This document shows positions 37,361-51,185 of a stretch of DNA of 64,000 nt, piece by piece. The notes under the pieces were generated by a model. That model saw nothing but the letters and a program-made list of their open reading frames with translations, did no database searches and was not told the origin of the DNA. Within the stretch, counting starts at the first letter, position 1. Each line of letters opens with the position of its first letter. The stretch comes from Squalus acanthias (Eukaryota). Position numbers and translations under genes: made by a program. The DNA lies in contig CM059432.1 in NCBI GenBank assembly GCA_030390025.1, positions 86,306,001 to 86,370,000 of the forward strand. Direction: 5' to 3'.

Positions 37361-39395
37361 TAGTATGCCTGCTAGATGTTAGATGCCAATTAATATTTCC
37401 ATGAACTGTCTGTACAAATAGACAGTTTAATCAAAAACAACTGAAGAATTCAGAAAAGATGGGCAAATACCTTCAGCTCACCTACATCATTAAATGACAA
37501 CTTCAATTTTCAATAGCAGCTTGATTTTAATTTGAAAAAACTGCAGACATTAGTGAACCAGTTGAGTTTTCACAACAATCCCAGAGCTTCGTGGTCATTT
37601 TTACTGGTACTCTTTATCCCAGATTTGTCATTTTTAACTGAATTCAGATTCTAAAACTGCCGTGGTGGGATTTGAACTCGTTCTCTGGACTAGTCCAGTA
37701 ACATAACCATTATGGTACCATACCCGTATAAAATTATGTTTAAAACTAAGTCACTTTTCTTATTCCAATATATTTAACATAGCAGCACAAAAGACACCAA
37801 TTGCACAATTGACCTAAATCAGGTGTCATGTTGCCACTGGGTTCAGTAGTGTAGTGGTTGTTACCGGAAGAGAATTTAAAAAACCTCCAAGTTGCTGGTC
37901 CAGTATGCCACACTTCTGAAAAGGCTGTTGTTGAGCATAGCCACGAAAGACTTTCTTGCTTCAACAACTCGTCTGTACAATGAGGCACGTACTGGTAGGA
38001 ATTATGGGCTCTTTTCAATCAGTGTACAGAAGCCTCTGATTAGCTGTCAGTTAGTCCGCACCAGCCTGCAAGAAATGCAATTAAGGCACAGCGATGGTTT
38101 TAGGGCGCCTCTTGCTAAGAATTGAAGGAGCGAGTTATAAAGGGAAGTGACAGTTTCTCAGCAGCCTCTAAAAAGCCCCAAAAAGCCCTAGAGCAGAAGT
38201 CTGTAACAATTCTAGGTGAGACTGTGCCTCACTTGATAAGCCGCTGCTATGGAGCGGTCCGTCGGCCTGCCAGACAATGGTGGATTTGGTGCAGGGATCC
38301 ATTTTCCCTCCCCTTCTGCCCAATAACTGCAGACAAAGCCTTTGCAAAACAGGCATTGGGGGCCCAGAGCTGTTCTACAGTTAAAGGCCACAAGGGATGG
38401 TTTTAAAATGTTTTCTCAAGTCTAATTTCTTTTAAAATATCTTCAATTTTTTAATAAAGTTTCTTAAGTATTTAAGCTTTATCTTAACTCCTTAAGGACC
38501 ATGGTAACTAATGGGGTCTCCCTTAGGCTGCCTTTCCTTTACGAAGGAGGACCACCAGAGATGGCAGGCTGCACCATTGGGGGCCTGTGGCCATTACCCG
38601 TTGGTACTTATGCTTCCCGGTCTACAGATCTCGGCAGGACTACTTCACCATAATCACTGACAATGCTTCCAAAGACTGTGCCTTCGTCATGAGTAGTAAC
38701 GGAGTTGTGCCAGCTGCCAGACAACTGTGGGCATGGTCATCAGGGAGATCTTCAGCTGACTAAAATAGAGCCCATTGCAAAATGCGTACGTACTACTGTA
38801 CCATCATGGTCCCCCTTTAGCAAGTTCAACTCATTCTCCTGCTGACATGTTGCCCTCCTCCACAGCTACCAAATCTCCCTTCTGGAGATCATTCCACTAC
38901 TCTTTTGCTCAGGCATTCCTCCACCTTGCTGCAAATCATTCCACACATTTCCCATCAGTGACATAAGTTTCACGGAATACAAATCTAACAACCTTGCCAT
39001 GTTCAATACCATCATGCCTCCCTTTGTGCCTGCTATTGTGGGCCCTTTCCATCCTAGCCTCCCCCTTCTCCTATAATGGCAGACGACTGAGGTTAGTAGC
39101 TGATGATTTGCAACAGGAGCCTTGCAAAATTGAGGTGGTACTTCCTTGTCTTTGGTTAAGAAGAGAGTGTTGGTCTTCTGTGTGCCATTCTATGCAATGC
39201 AACTCGGGTTTCAAATGGCATTCCTTAAATGGGGTGACAATAGTTATTGGCAATTAAATACCTATTATATTAATCTTCCACTACTTCCCTACATGTTCAG
39301 CTATGAATAAAGGAACATTTGCAGGAGAAAGTTTGGGGTGTGAAGGGTATTGTGGAACCTCCTGTATGTAAGCTGGTAAGTTGCAGATGGTGTTT

Positions 39396-39600
39396 TTAAG
39401 AGTGAAGGAAACATGGCCAGAACTGGGAAAAATGTTTGTCACAGTCATAACTATAGGGCATGACTGTTTCTTGATGCTTTGCAGCTCTGGAGAGGTTTGT
39501 GAACTTCTTCCAGCACTGAGTAGTCATGCAGTGCTTGCTGGATCTGACCTTCACTGTGATGGGCACCTCCTTCCATGAACCCATTGTGGGCCTCCTTTTC
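39396..39600 (-). pseudogene. Myb/SANT-like remnant of a Harbinger-type element
   Basis: SWKEVPITVKVRSSKHCMTTQCWKKFTNLSRAAK parallels the motif at 15181-15350. Confidence 0.45.
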
Positions 39601-39658
39601 TCAGGGCCAAAAAGCTAAGCCCTCCTTTTCTGGATTACATACAGTAATATGTATATAA

Positions 39659-40876
39659 CAAAAAGGGAGAACCAGTGGATGTGGTGTATTTGATTTTCAG
39701 AAGGCCTTTGATAAAGTCCCACATAAGAGGTTAGTGTGCAAAATTAAAGCACATGGGATTGGAGGTAATATACTGGCATGGATTGAAAATTGGTTAACAG
39801 ACAGGAAACAGAGAGTAGGAATAAATGGGACTTTTTCAGGGTGGCAGGCGGTGACTAGTGGGGTACCGCAGGGATCAGTGCTTGGGCCTCAGCTATTCAC
39901 AATATATATCAATGATTTGGATGAGGGAACCAAATGTAATATTTCCAAGTTTGCTGATGACATAAAACTAGGTGGGACCGAGAGTTGTGAGGAGGATGCA
40001 AAGAGGCTTCAAGGCGATTTAGATAAGTTGAGTGAGTGGGCAAATATATGGCAGATGCAGTATAATGTGGATAAATGTGAAGTTATCCACTTCGGTAGGA
40101 AAAACAGAAAGGTAGAGTATTATTTGAATGGTGATAGATTGGGAAATGCTGATGTACAAAGAGACCTGGGTGTCCTTGTACACCAGTCACTGAAAGGAAA
40201 CATGCAGGTGCAGCAAGCAGTTAGGAAGGCAAATGGTATGTTGGCCTTCATTGCAAGAGGATTTGAGTACAGGAGCAAGGGATGTCTTACTACAGTTGTA
40301 CAGGGCCTTGGTGAGACCACACCTGGAATACTGTGTGCAGTTTTCGTCTCCTTACCTAAGAAAGGATATACTTGCCATAGAGGGAGTGCAGCGAAGGTTC
40401 ATCAGACTGATTCCTGGGATGGCAGGACTGAGGAGAGATTGGGTCGACTAGGCCTGTATTCACTAGAGTTTAGAAGAATGAGAGGGGATCTCATTGAAAC
40501 GTATAAAATTCTGACAGGGCTAGACAGACTGGATGCAGGGAGGATGTTTCCCCTGGCTTGGGGGGGTCTAGAACGAGGGGTCAGTCTCAGGATACAGGTT
40601 AGGACATTTAGGACTGAGATGAAGAGAAATTTCTTCACTCAGAGGGTGGTGAACCTGTGGAATTCTCTACCACAGAAGGCTGTGGAGGCCAAGTCACTGA
40701 ATATATTTAAGAAGGAGATAGATAGATTTCTAGACACAAAAGGCATCAAGGGGTATGGGGAGAGAGCGGGAATATGGTATTGAGATAGAGGATCAGCCAT
40801 GATCATATTGAATGGCGGAGCAGGCTCGAAGGGCCGAATGGCCTACTCCTGCTCCTATTTTTCTATGTTTCTATGC
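39659..40876 (+). mobile_element. 5'-truncated CR1 LINE, same subfamily as 28-1880
   Basis: ORF 39734-40783 with RT motifs and internal frameshifts; near-identical 3'UTR. Confidence 0.95.
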
Positions 40877-41853
40877 GTCAACTTTAAATCTGTGCTTGAT
40901 GCAATTTAGAAACACCAGCCTTAGACATTGCAGTGAGCCACACTTTGCAAAATGGCTGCCTTGGCCTTTTCTGCTGCTGCAGCAGCACTGGATTTTCCTA
41001 CCCCACAAAGGTGGACAGTCTATAATAGTAATGGGAGAACAGTGTATGCAGGTGATGCAGTGGTATTGTTTGCCTTCTCCATGCTGTCATGGTAGAGGGT
41101 AATTTCAACACCTTATATAGAGCATTTGCATCGTAAGATTTAAAATATTGCGCTGTAGCAAGTTTAGGGATAATAGTATTCTGGTGCCACATTTTCAATT
41201 GGCTCAGTTTACAGCAGTGAAGAGACCTAATGGTAGTTAAAAGGGAGAGGGAGCTGGGTAAGATTATAGCAACATCCAAAGTAAATGGAACGCTTTCAAA
41301 AAAAATCCTGGAAGATTGTGAATCCTTACATCTCTGAGAAATGTATGATGACACAGCCAATGATGTCATAAGGACCTAGGCAACTTGTGCTCAAAAAATA
41401 TATTTTAAGGCTTATAAAATGAGCAATAGTGTTTCAAACAGGGAAATGTATAAAAGCAGTTAACATTAACAAAAAATAAATATTCGGCAAGCCAAAACTA
41501 ATCTGGAAAGGAGAACAGTTTAGGAGTCAGAGGTCATTACAGAATCTAACTGAGCCTGAGTAGAAGGACTTAAGTTAGAAGACAGATTGTCAGTGTTTGA
41601 CAGCTTCACAGAGTTGTCAAACGCTGATATTTCATCTGTCAAAAGCTCTTGACAGATGAAATGTCAATCACTGACATCACCAGTATCCAGGTGTCCCTTA
41701 ATTGGCCTGCTGAGCCCGCTGGGCGGGCTTAACAAGTTCAATCAAGGGAAAGTAGCATGGGTTGGCCACAAATCGATGGAGGCGGGACTGCAACCCAAAA
41801 AGTGGGAGTCCCGCCTCCATCACGTCCCCATTGACAAAATCGAGCCCTTTGTA

Positions 41854-42206
41854 CTGGAAACTCTTTATTAACCGGCACCGACGGGACCGGCGTGGTACCG
41901 GTTAATCAAAAAGTCCGGATAACGGAGAGTTATATCTCCCAACGTACGAGAGCCCCGTACACACTGACATGCGCCGCATTCGGAGCTCCGTCTCCCCGGG
42001 GACCGCCAGCTGACCATCTGTCGTGTCCGCTGCCTACCCGGGCTGCACATTCCCCTCCCAATCTACATGCTCCGATACAAGGCAAACGCCTCGGGGTTTT
42101 TTTTTTAAAGGAGAGATGAAGGAAAACCCCGGTTACCTACTCAAGAATTTTGCCGGTTAAGAGAGATTTCCGGTTATTTGGGTGCCGGTTAAAAGAGAGT
42201 TTCCTG
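41854..42206. mobile_element. Tc1/mariner (pogo/Tigger-like) MITE
   Basis: TIR CTGGAAACTCTTTATTAACCGGCACC / GGTGCCGGTTAAAAGAGAGTTTCCTG with TA TSD on both sides. Confidence 0.8.
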
Positions 42207-42539
42207 TATCTGTTTTTGACCTGTGAGGTAGTTGGATTTGCCCTTTCTATAGAAAATAAAACTAAAACTCAAATAGCCAACTTACACATCTTGAGGGTAA
42301 TGGCACAAGCTAAATTAAAAGGGGCTTGAGGTAGAAAAAACATTAGGCCCAGATTTAATTTATCTAGAACACTGAAGGAAATGTCAGATTATTAATGATG
42401 CCCTAGTAAATATTTTCAATAGTTCACTGGGAACTGGGGAATTGATACACAATTGAAGCAAGGAGCCTAATTTGCTTGATTGATAACTTAGGTGATATTG
42501 AGGCTTTGGAAAGGGTGCAGAGGAGGCCCACTAAACTAG

Positions 42540-43040
42540 ATTTCTAAGATGATGAAGGGAATAGATTGTGCTCCAGTTGGTTCCAATTAAATAGATTAGG
42601 GAGGACCAGGGGTCACAATTTTAAGTTGTACAAGACCAGATCTAGGTTAGATGTCAGGAGGTGGTTCTTTTCCCAGAGAATAGTGGAACTCTGGAACAGG
42701 CTGCTGTCTCATGCGATGGATGCTGATTCGCTGAATTCCTTCAAGCGAGAGCTGGACCATTTCTGGCTGGGGCGGAGATCACCTCTTACAAAAGGTAGAT
42801 ACTGCAGGGAATTCAGGGACAGTGTGATGTCCTGAACTAGTTTCAATCACCTAGATGGGTCAGAGAGGAATTTCCCAGACTTCCCCCACCTGCCCCCCCC
42901 CAAATTGGCTTGGGGTTTTTAACCTCTCCCAGGAGATCACATGGTTTCAGGTGGAATGGAGTGTATATATTGTGATACACAAGGTATCACAATTGTATTG
43001 GACAGGCTGGATAGACCAGAGGGTCTTTACCTGTCCGTCA
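42540..43040 (+). mobile_element. CR1 3' fragment (older family)
   Basis: RTRGHNFKLYKTRSRLDVRRWFFSQRIVELWNRL. Confidence 0.8.
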
Positions 43041-44654
43041 TTGTTCCAGTCGGCCCTACTGAAATCTTCACTCTGCCTCGCCCTGCAGTTACTTTAGGCC
43101 TAGACTTCGCTCTCTGCAGCCCTACTCCCCACTGTGCCAGTGATGTATGTGCTCCTACATCTGACTCACTTTTCAGCCTCTGCTGCACAAAACCCAATAT
43201 TGGCTGGGAACTGGCCTTAAGTGTGAGGGCAGCATTCCCTAAAGGGCTTCATCACAATTTGGGGGAAGCTCCTGTTAATTAACAACAGTTCCAGTTTAAA
43301 TAACAGTTTTTAATCACCCAAAGCTGGGTGTGGGTTAGAACCAGGAATGGACTTTTGAATTGCAGGAAGCGTTCCACTTAAAGGCGTTCCCATAACTTTG
43401 GGGAATCTCGTTATTTATACAACAAAAGCTTTAAATAACAGGACCTTCCCCAAATCTGTGGTTGGGAAAAGTGAGTTCTCTCTCTATCCTGCTGCCACCA
43501 CCCTGTGCCTACGCTTTTCCTGCCCCTCTCATCATCTCCTCCTGGTCAGGAAGTGATCCAACGACAGTACTACTCCAAATTTGTCACTGGAAAATGCAGC
43601 CCGTCACCTGGATACCTCCTCCCATTCCCCAACCTGCAACCTAAAGGTCACCCACAGGCACCAGCCAGATCCCTACCCAACCCAGTGCCCAGAAATCAAC
43701 TCTTCTATTAAATTGAAAAATGTTTAAATAGTTAAATGTTAAGAAATATTTGGGGGAACTTGGGTCAGCCATCCACCTATAGCACCCCTCTCCAGCTCCC
43801 TCCTCACCTGCGGCTTCTGTCCAGCTTGATCGGCAATTCTGCAACCCACCTTCTGTCCTAAATGTCAGTGTCCACCCACGCTAACCTTGTCCCAGTCTTG
43901 CTTGCAGTTAGCACCACCTCCATCCTCAGACAAGTAATCCGCTGCCACTTGGATTGGATGCAAATTTATTTTTCACCGCACTGTCTGCTATTGATCGCCC
44001 ACCCTGTCCCTTTGACTTGACCCTTCTACCTGCTGCTGCCGCCACCAATTGCCCAGTATTCAAGGCCCACCCTGGTCCTGCTCCCAATAGTTCTTTGCCG
44101 GCTTCTAGCACTGAATTAGCTTTGCTCCTATAGTGTAGGGCCAGGATTTCAGGCGTATACTAGTGATGGGCAAAGTGAGATAGAGGATGTACTAAGGGGA
44201 TAGGATTGGGGTTAAGAGTATATCCAGTGGGACAGCAATAGATTGCAGGTGAGAAGGAAAGAATGAAGAGCACTGCAGTACACATGGGGAAAGGAAAAGA
44301 CTTGCATTTATATAGTGCCTTTCACAATCTCCCAAATCGCTTTACAACCAAAGTACTTTTTGAAGTATAGTCACTGTTGTATGGGGTGGTAGTAATTGAA
44401 AGGTAAATGGCACGGACGAGCAGAGTGTAGAGAAACACAGGGCACGAGAGCAGAACAATGTATTGCAGCTTCAGGTTGAGTACGATGGTCATCGAGCCTA
44501 CGGTTTCTCGCTGATCACCCTCTGGGGACAGAATCAGAAATCAGTAGGGAGTGCATCAAGGATTAGCTAGGAGCAGAGGGAAGAGGAAGCAAGGGGGAGT
44601 AATGTATTCTTAGGTTCAACAGATATTTCAAAGGGGAAAGGGGTATGGAAGCCA

Positions 44655-45602
44655 TTGTATTCGGTCCCTGCCACAAACTCCGTTCCCTAGCCACCGACTC
44701 CATCCCTCTCCCTGGCAACTCTGAGGCTGAACCAGACTGTTTGCAACCTTGGTGTCGTATCTGACCCCAGGACACGCTTCCGACCACATATCTGCGCCAT
44801 CACTAAGACTGCCCATTTCCACCTCCGTAACATTGCCCGACTCCGCCCCTGCCTCAGCTCATCTGCTGCTGAAACCCTCATCCATGCCTTTGTTACCGCT
44901 AGACTTAACTATTCCAACGCTCACCTGGCCAGCCTCCCAATTACCACCCTCCATAAACTTGGGCTCATCCAAAACTCTGCTGCCCGTATCCTAACTCACA
45001 CCAAGTCCTATTCACCCATCACACCTGTGCTCGCTGGCCTACATTGGCTCCCAGTTAAGCAACGCCTCAATTTTAAAATGCTCCTCGTTTTCAAATCCCT
45101 CCATGCCCTCACTCCTCCCGATCTCTGTAACCTCCGTAACCTCCTCCAGCCCTACAACACTCAGAGATATCTGCACTCCTCCAATTCTAGCCTCTTGTGC
45201 ATCCCCGATTTTAATCGCTCCACCGATTGCGGCCGTGCCTTCAGCTGCCGAGGCCCTAAGCTCTGGAATTCCCTCCCTAAACCTCTCCGCTTCTCTACCA
45301 ACGTTCCCGCTAAGCTGCGCAACTGTCTGGTGGTCCCGCACAGGCCAGTCACCGGCTTTTCAATGAGATTTCATGCATGCCGTGAAACTTGGAATGGACC
45401 GCGCAGCCCCCAAAAATTAGGGGGAACATTGCTCTCTACCTTTTTCCATCCTTTAAGACGCTCCTTAAAACCTACCTCTGACCAAGCTTTTGTTCATCTG
45501 CCCTTTTGTGGCTCGGTGTCAAATTTGGTTTGATCACATCCATGAAGCGCCTTGGGATGTTTTACTACGTTGAATGCGCTATATAAATACAAGTTGTTGT
45601 TG
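44655..45602 (+). mobile_element. L2-type LINE 3' portion, interrupted by a hAT MITE
   Basis: LAGLHWLPVKQRLNFKML...RAFSCRGPKLWNSLP; tail GCGCTATATAAATACAA(GTT)n. Confidence 0.85.
45299..45431. mobile_element. hAT-type MITE (family B)
   Basis: TIR CAACGTTCCC / GGGAACATTG; 8-bp TSD TTCTCTAC/CTCTCTAC. Confidence 0.8.
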
Positions 45603-46759
45603 AAGGTGATGAGAGCAACAGGCTGCTAGAAATTGGAGGAAGAGGGAAGACAGATGGATAATGGGCACAATTGTACACGATGATGAGCGTAAGACGAAAA
45701 CGACAGGGTAGAGGAAGGGAGCTGCTGATAGCTGCAGCCCGCATTTTCACTGCACCCCATCACCAAAAGATGCAGCTTGCAGCCCTCGTCATGTCCCTTC
45801 CCCACCACACCATGCCACAGTACCAATACGTCCCACCCGAAAGGGAAGACAGAAGAGGAGAGATGAACAAAAATAAGAAATGCACACAAAGAAGCGAGAG
45901 AAAATTAAAAGCCTAAATAATGAGCCTAAAGCACATGAGGAAAGAAACAAATAAACAGAGAAACAGAGAAGGAAATGTCACCATCTCTGACTTACCGCGA
46001 GCAATGGCACCAGAGATTCATGAAAGTTTTAATGATAAATATTACTTAGAAAATGTTAATGCGTTTAATCATTCCCAAAGTTTCACTTCTATAAACAAAT
46101 TCTACTGTTTCAATAAATCCCCTTAATCTTACCCATTGCTTTTCAGTTATACACTTTATTCAAATTCTCATGTATAACAAACTAAGCTATGAATATCATT
46201 AAAAAAATCTGCAATTTGACTAAGAGTAAATCTTTCAAACAGAATAGAAGTTATGTTTATTTTAAAATTATATTTACATTTAAAACAATTTTTTTTGTAG
46301 AACAAATCAGTGTTTAACTCAAAATAAAATGGTAATTTATAAATAATTAAACCATCCTATCAATCTATTTAGATTTGTAGTAAAATGACTTAGCCACAAC
46401 TTAAATCCACTTTAAGCATCCCTCTAAATCAGTTTTAAAGCTAATTTTAAGGAACTGTTTATGCATATCTCCTAAACCCAACTGTACATGGGAAACTTTC
46501 CACAGGTATTGTAGGTCTGCAACTGTACCGAAAGAAAATCCATTTGCACTATCGAGGAGACAAGCTGGCAAGACAATATCAACATTTAATTATTTAAAGA
46601 ACAAATGATTTCAGGTAACAGCATGGTTACATAGGATAGATAGCTCAAGAATGAAAGCAAGAACCACATTAGTACTCAAAATCCTACACTGTAATACTAT
46701 TGGATATATATGCAACAAAACTATTTTAAGTTTAGTACGTAAAGCAGATTACATCTAAG

Positions 46760-47125
46760 TTTGCAGCACAAATTAGGCCATTTAGCCCATCTGTGCCAGC
46801 TCTGCTAGAGCAATTCAAAACTAATCCCATTATTCTCCTTTCTTCTCATAGCCCGGTTTCTTCCTCTGCTTCAAACGTTTATGTGCAATGGTCTGTGCCT
46901 CAAACAGCCGCTTTCATGCTCCAACAACTCTGTGTAAAGAAACCCGATCTCTCTTCACTCAGTGACAAATTTTAAAATGATGACCCTCATCACCGACTCC
47001 CGAACCAGAGGGAATTGTCTTTCTCTATTCACCCTATCAAATCCCTTAATTAAAAAAAAACCTCAAATCTCCTTAGTCTTCTCTGCTCCAGTGCAAATAG
47101 TCCCACCATCTTAAGTCTTTCTTAA
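46760..47125 (-). mobile_element. Degenerate CR1 3' fragment
   Basis: Similarity to the CR1 3'UTR and C-terminal ORF2 (cf. 8590-8800). Confidence 0.6.
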
Positions 47126-48659
47126 TAACTATTTAAGAAAGACTTAAGATGGCTAATCTATAGTCTTCACACAGTACTTTGTGGCCTAACTGATGCTTTG
47201 AAAAAGGGAAAGGAAAAAATGAATGAGGGAGGGAAGCAAGAGAAACACAAACAGAAATGAAAGTTAGAGACAAAAATGAAATGGGAAGAGAAATTAATAT
47301 GGGAGGGTAAATAAAGAGGGACAGGACACAGAAATAAGGAAATAAATAAGAAAAATGGGAGAAAATGCAACCCATTCACTAGTTGTGACACTGATCTCGC
47401 CCACTGTGCCAACAAAATTAACATACTGGTGTAAATCATTCACAGGACAGCCTAAAGTGTTTCTGGATACAAGTTTGTCGCACCTTTTTGTTCTAAAAAT
47501 TAAATGACCCATGCATTAATACACTGTAGTTTTTTCCTAATGATTTTGACTCTCTTGGTCTGTTTTAGTTTTCAATCCCTAACTTATTGAAGAACTGATT
47601 TAAAAAGTATGAGATGCCCAGTTAATTTTTTTTTTAAAGAAGTGATGCATCAAAATAAAAAAAATTAGAACATCCATCCGATAGAAATTGCCATTATTAC
47701 AAGTTACTCTGGGGGGTTGGGGAAAGAAAAAAAACACATACTTCGTTTTGAGTACAGCATTTCTGTTGTTTGTGTAAGCAACGGTGTGTAAAGACTTAAG
47801 TCAAAATCAATTGTCAGCATCCCATTAGAGTTCTACTTCTGGTACAGCAACCAAACTATTCAGGTCTACTGGGAGGCCTATCTGGTCACCTACAAAGAAC
47901 TTCAAAATAGAAAAATTTGTTTTGTCAATTATACTTGATGAGGTATTTGTAATTTGAGAATTAACGTTTTCTTTTATTATGACCACTCTCCGCTTCAGAA
48001 TTCAGGAAAATCCAAACAGCTTTCTATGGACCAACATGTTGTCAAACATCCCAAATGCATAAAAGGATCCAGTCAACCTATTGGTCACTTTATGCCAAAT
48101 AAAGTACTGGGCAGCCCATTGTTGAAATAATACAATATTGTATAAATTAGGCAAGGTGTAAACTTTACACCCCACCCAAATCTCAACCAGACAGGGAAAA
48201 GAAACGGTCTGCATCAGCAACATCCTTCTCCACGAGCAATTAATTTTGAGGGATGACATTACGAAGTACTGTCATAGTCTCCACCCACATCTCAAATGCC
48301 AGATCGGCCTTCTGACACCTTCAAACCAATAAACAGGCTGAAAAGCTTAACACGTCTTCTTCATTTCAAGATATTAATATAAAACTGTTGCATCGTATAA
48401 TTAAGGAGTACCAGTGAAGTATTGATTTAAGTTTAAAATGGGGTTAAATATGATTTTTCCTCACAGTCCATGAATATACAAGTGCATGTAGAACTTTCAC
48501 TGTGCCGATTCCAAAATCACAATCTTTCCACTGCCATCCCGTATATTTTTAATTCAAGAGTTTGGTGGTTGGACTGTAGGGGAATCAGGCCTCTCAGAAA
48601 TTTCAAATTAAATATTTAAAATTCTACTGTACTTGCAAACAAGAGTCCAGGACAAAAGA

Positions 48660-48720
48660 TTACTGTAAATAATTTCTTTATTTAACAGAACAAGGTGGAC
48701 ATTTCACATCTGTGGCATAC
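48660..48720 (-). other. RPL7: RPL7 non-coding last exon (3'UTR) with polyadenylation signal
   Basis: Strong acceptor tttttttttctcttcccttctag|; AATAAA at 48677-48682; 3' end approximate. Confidence 0.75.
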
Positions 48721-50675
48721 CTAGAAGGGAAGAGAAAAAAAAACCTGCTAAGTAGTAGAAAAAAAATCACTTATTCAAAAGAAAAATCTCACAACTTAAT
48801 ACTAGGCCCTTGGACAGAAAGTGGACTACACTGCACCTGGCAAAGATCTAGAAAGCCCATTCGTCAGAAAGAAATCAGTTTAGTCAACTCGAGTTACAGA
48901 AATAATTTGCTCAAAAATTACACACCCATGCTTTTGCTTTATTTCCTTTTTTTCCTCCAAAGACTCTCCAACTTCCCTTTATAACTAGAACAAGCTGCCA
49001 TTGCCCTTTAGGGTGCCATTAAATCTCAAATATTTTTCCTGCCTCTATCCTACAAAACAAATGTTTGTTTCATGCTTCATTCTAACCCATATATGAAGAC
49101 ACTGTACTCAGTGTCTACTCTACTGCAACCATAAATGTGTTATTCCTTGATATGCAATACTACTAATGTTTCTTTTTTTTTTGTATATGCTTATTTTCTC
49201 TTTGGTATTATCAAATCCTAATGTCAAAAAACTTCAGAATGTTAATAGCTTGAGTGGCACTGATACTGAAGTTTTAATTTAAAATTATGAACTTCATTCA
49301 GACAAAAATTCTGCAGAATAGTAATCAAAATTATAAACAAATTCTTAATCAATAGGAATCAATGTTAAAAAAAATTCAGTTTAGTTGTAAAAAATAACCT
49401 ATGTTAATATGATATTATTCCAATCACTGCCTCATAGGCCTCAGCTGCACAAAACATTTTGTTGCCAACCAAGCTCTTGAATAAGTTATACATTTTTGTA
49501 CCAGATGGCCTCGTCATGCAACTGGACCAGAAAACAATTATTACTATGTGGCTATGGAAATTGCAGAATATGCTCTACATTACCAGCATCTCTGGCCAAG
49601 CAAAATTTAAAATTCTTAATGGAGGAATAGTTTTAAAGATAGATTTTAACTAGGTGGGACTCCTAATTCCCCTCTAGCCTCACCAACAACAACCCACTCT
49701 GGTAGATAGGAGTTGGGGGAGACGATTTGGACACAACTCCAGCGATATTGCTGCCTGCGCAGAAACTGTTATTGTGGCCACTTGTATCAGAAGACAGTTC
49801 ATCCCTAGTCTCCAAACTAACAACTGAAAATAATACGTTTGGAAGCTAGTGTCAGACTCAACCACTCCAAGTTAGCTATAATTACAGCCAGATGCAGAGT
49901 AATCCTCTGCCCCAACAACCTCTCAACTATTCCCAGAGCTTTGGATATGATATACTAATCTAATGACTACTCAGCCCCCACCTGCCCCAGCAAGTTTAGC
50001 TTTCAGTCCACTTATTTTATCACATAAAACCGACACGTTCTTTGAGAATATTTAAAATCAAAACTCAATAGTGAATTTATTCAGCACTCAACACATTTCA
50101 TTCAGCCTTCTGTACATTCTAATCAAGCTTTTCAGGACATAGTTATAGGCACTCAGAGCTGCTGGGCAAAGATCTCCAAGAAATATACTCACTAGGTTTC
50201 TTAGTCCATCAATGTAGTTTTCAATTTACAATATAAAATTTGTACTAGTGCAAGGCCTGAATTCTTGGTGTTTATCTTTTCATTGAATTACATTTCCAGA
50301 GCTCAAATATCTAATTGGTTAAGTTTTATAAAGATTTTATACTCGGCAACAAGATGTCAACTGAAAGAGGAAAACAACCAGGATGGGAAACTTCATGCTG
50401 CTTTATTCACTCACCCAATTTGCTACCAAAGATAATTCACTCTTTCAAAAAAGGGATCCAGTGCCATATGAAATTCCGGAAAGCTTTCCCAATGCTAATA
50501 GTGCCATAACAAAGTCTTATTTGTGACCAAAACAATGTGAGCATTAATATAGCCATGATTAAATTCACCAAGTGCAAGATATGTTTCGATTTGAATTGCA
50601 ATTTTTCTATTCTCATCCATACATCTATCATTAACCCCCTCAAAAAAGCACAAAAAATATGAACACAGCTTACCT

Positions 50676-50884
50676 TTAGTTCATAGTTCTGATCATTCTG
50701 TTGATTTGGTCTTCTCTGTTACCAGCATCACCACCCTCAACAAAGTGTGTTGTCTTTTTGTTCATGCCACCACGTGGCGAGGAAAGTTTGAAGGGCCACA
50801 AGTAATTGTTGGCCATTTTGAAGTTCTTGCCTACTGTGTAGATCTCATGGATCAGATCTTCAATACAAATTATGCCATACTTTC
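50676..50884 (-). CDS. RPL7: 60S ribosomal protein L7 (uL30), coding exon 6
   Basis: (G)[68 protein letters not shown]; donor 2 nt after TAA. Confidence 0.97.
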
Positions 50885-51185
50885 CTGAAATGTAATAATT
50901 GGTTCATTTGTAACTATCATTTTTTATTTGGAAATGCATCTTAATTTCATAATTAAAAGAGGGAACTGTACCAGAGGGAACCTCCCCTCTGCCTCCAAGC
51001 ACCTGGTTCAGGCCAGGCAGTGATGCAGAAGCAGATTGACTGGCATCTACGGAGACTTTTAAGTACAGTAAAATGGATTTCAAACCTTACAAAAGGGGAA
51101 ATCAATTTAAAACTAAGATATCATTCCCCATTCTATCAAGAGGAGAAAACCTTCATATTGTTAGCTCAACACTAAGTTTGAACAT

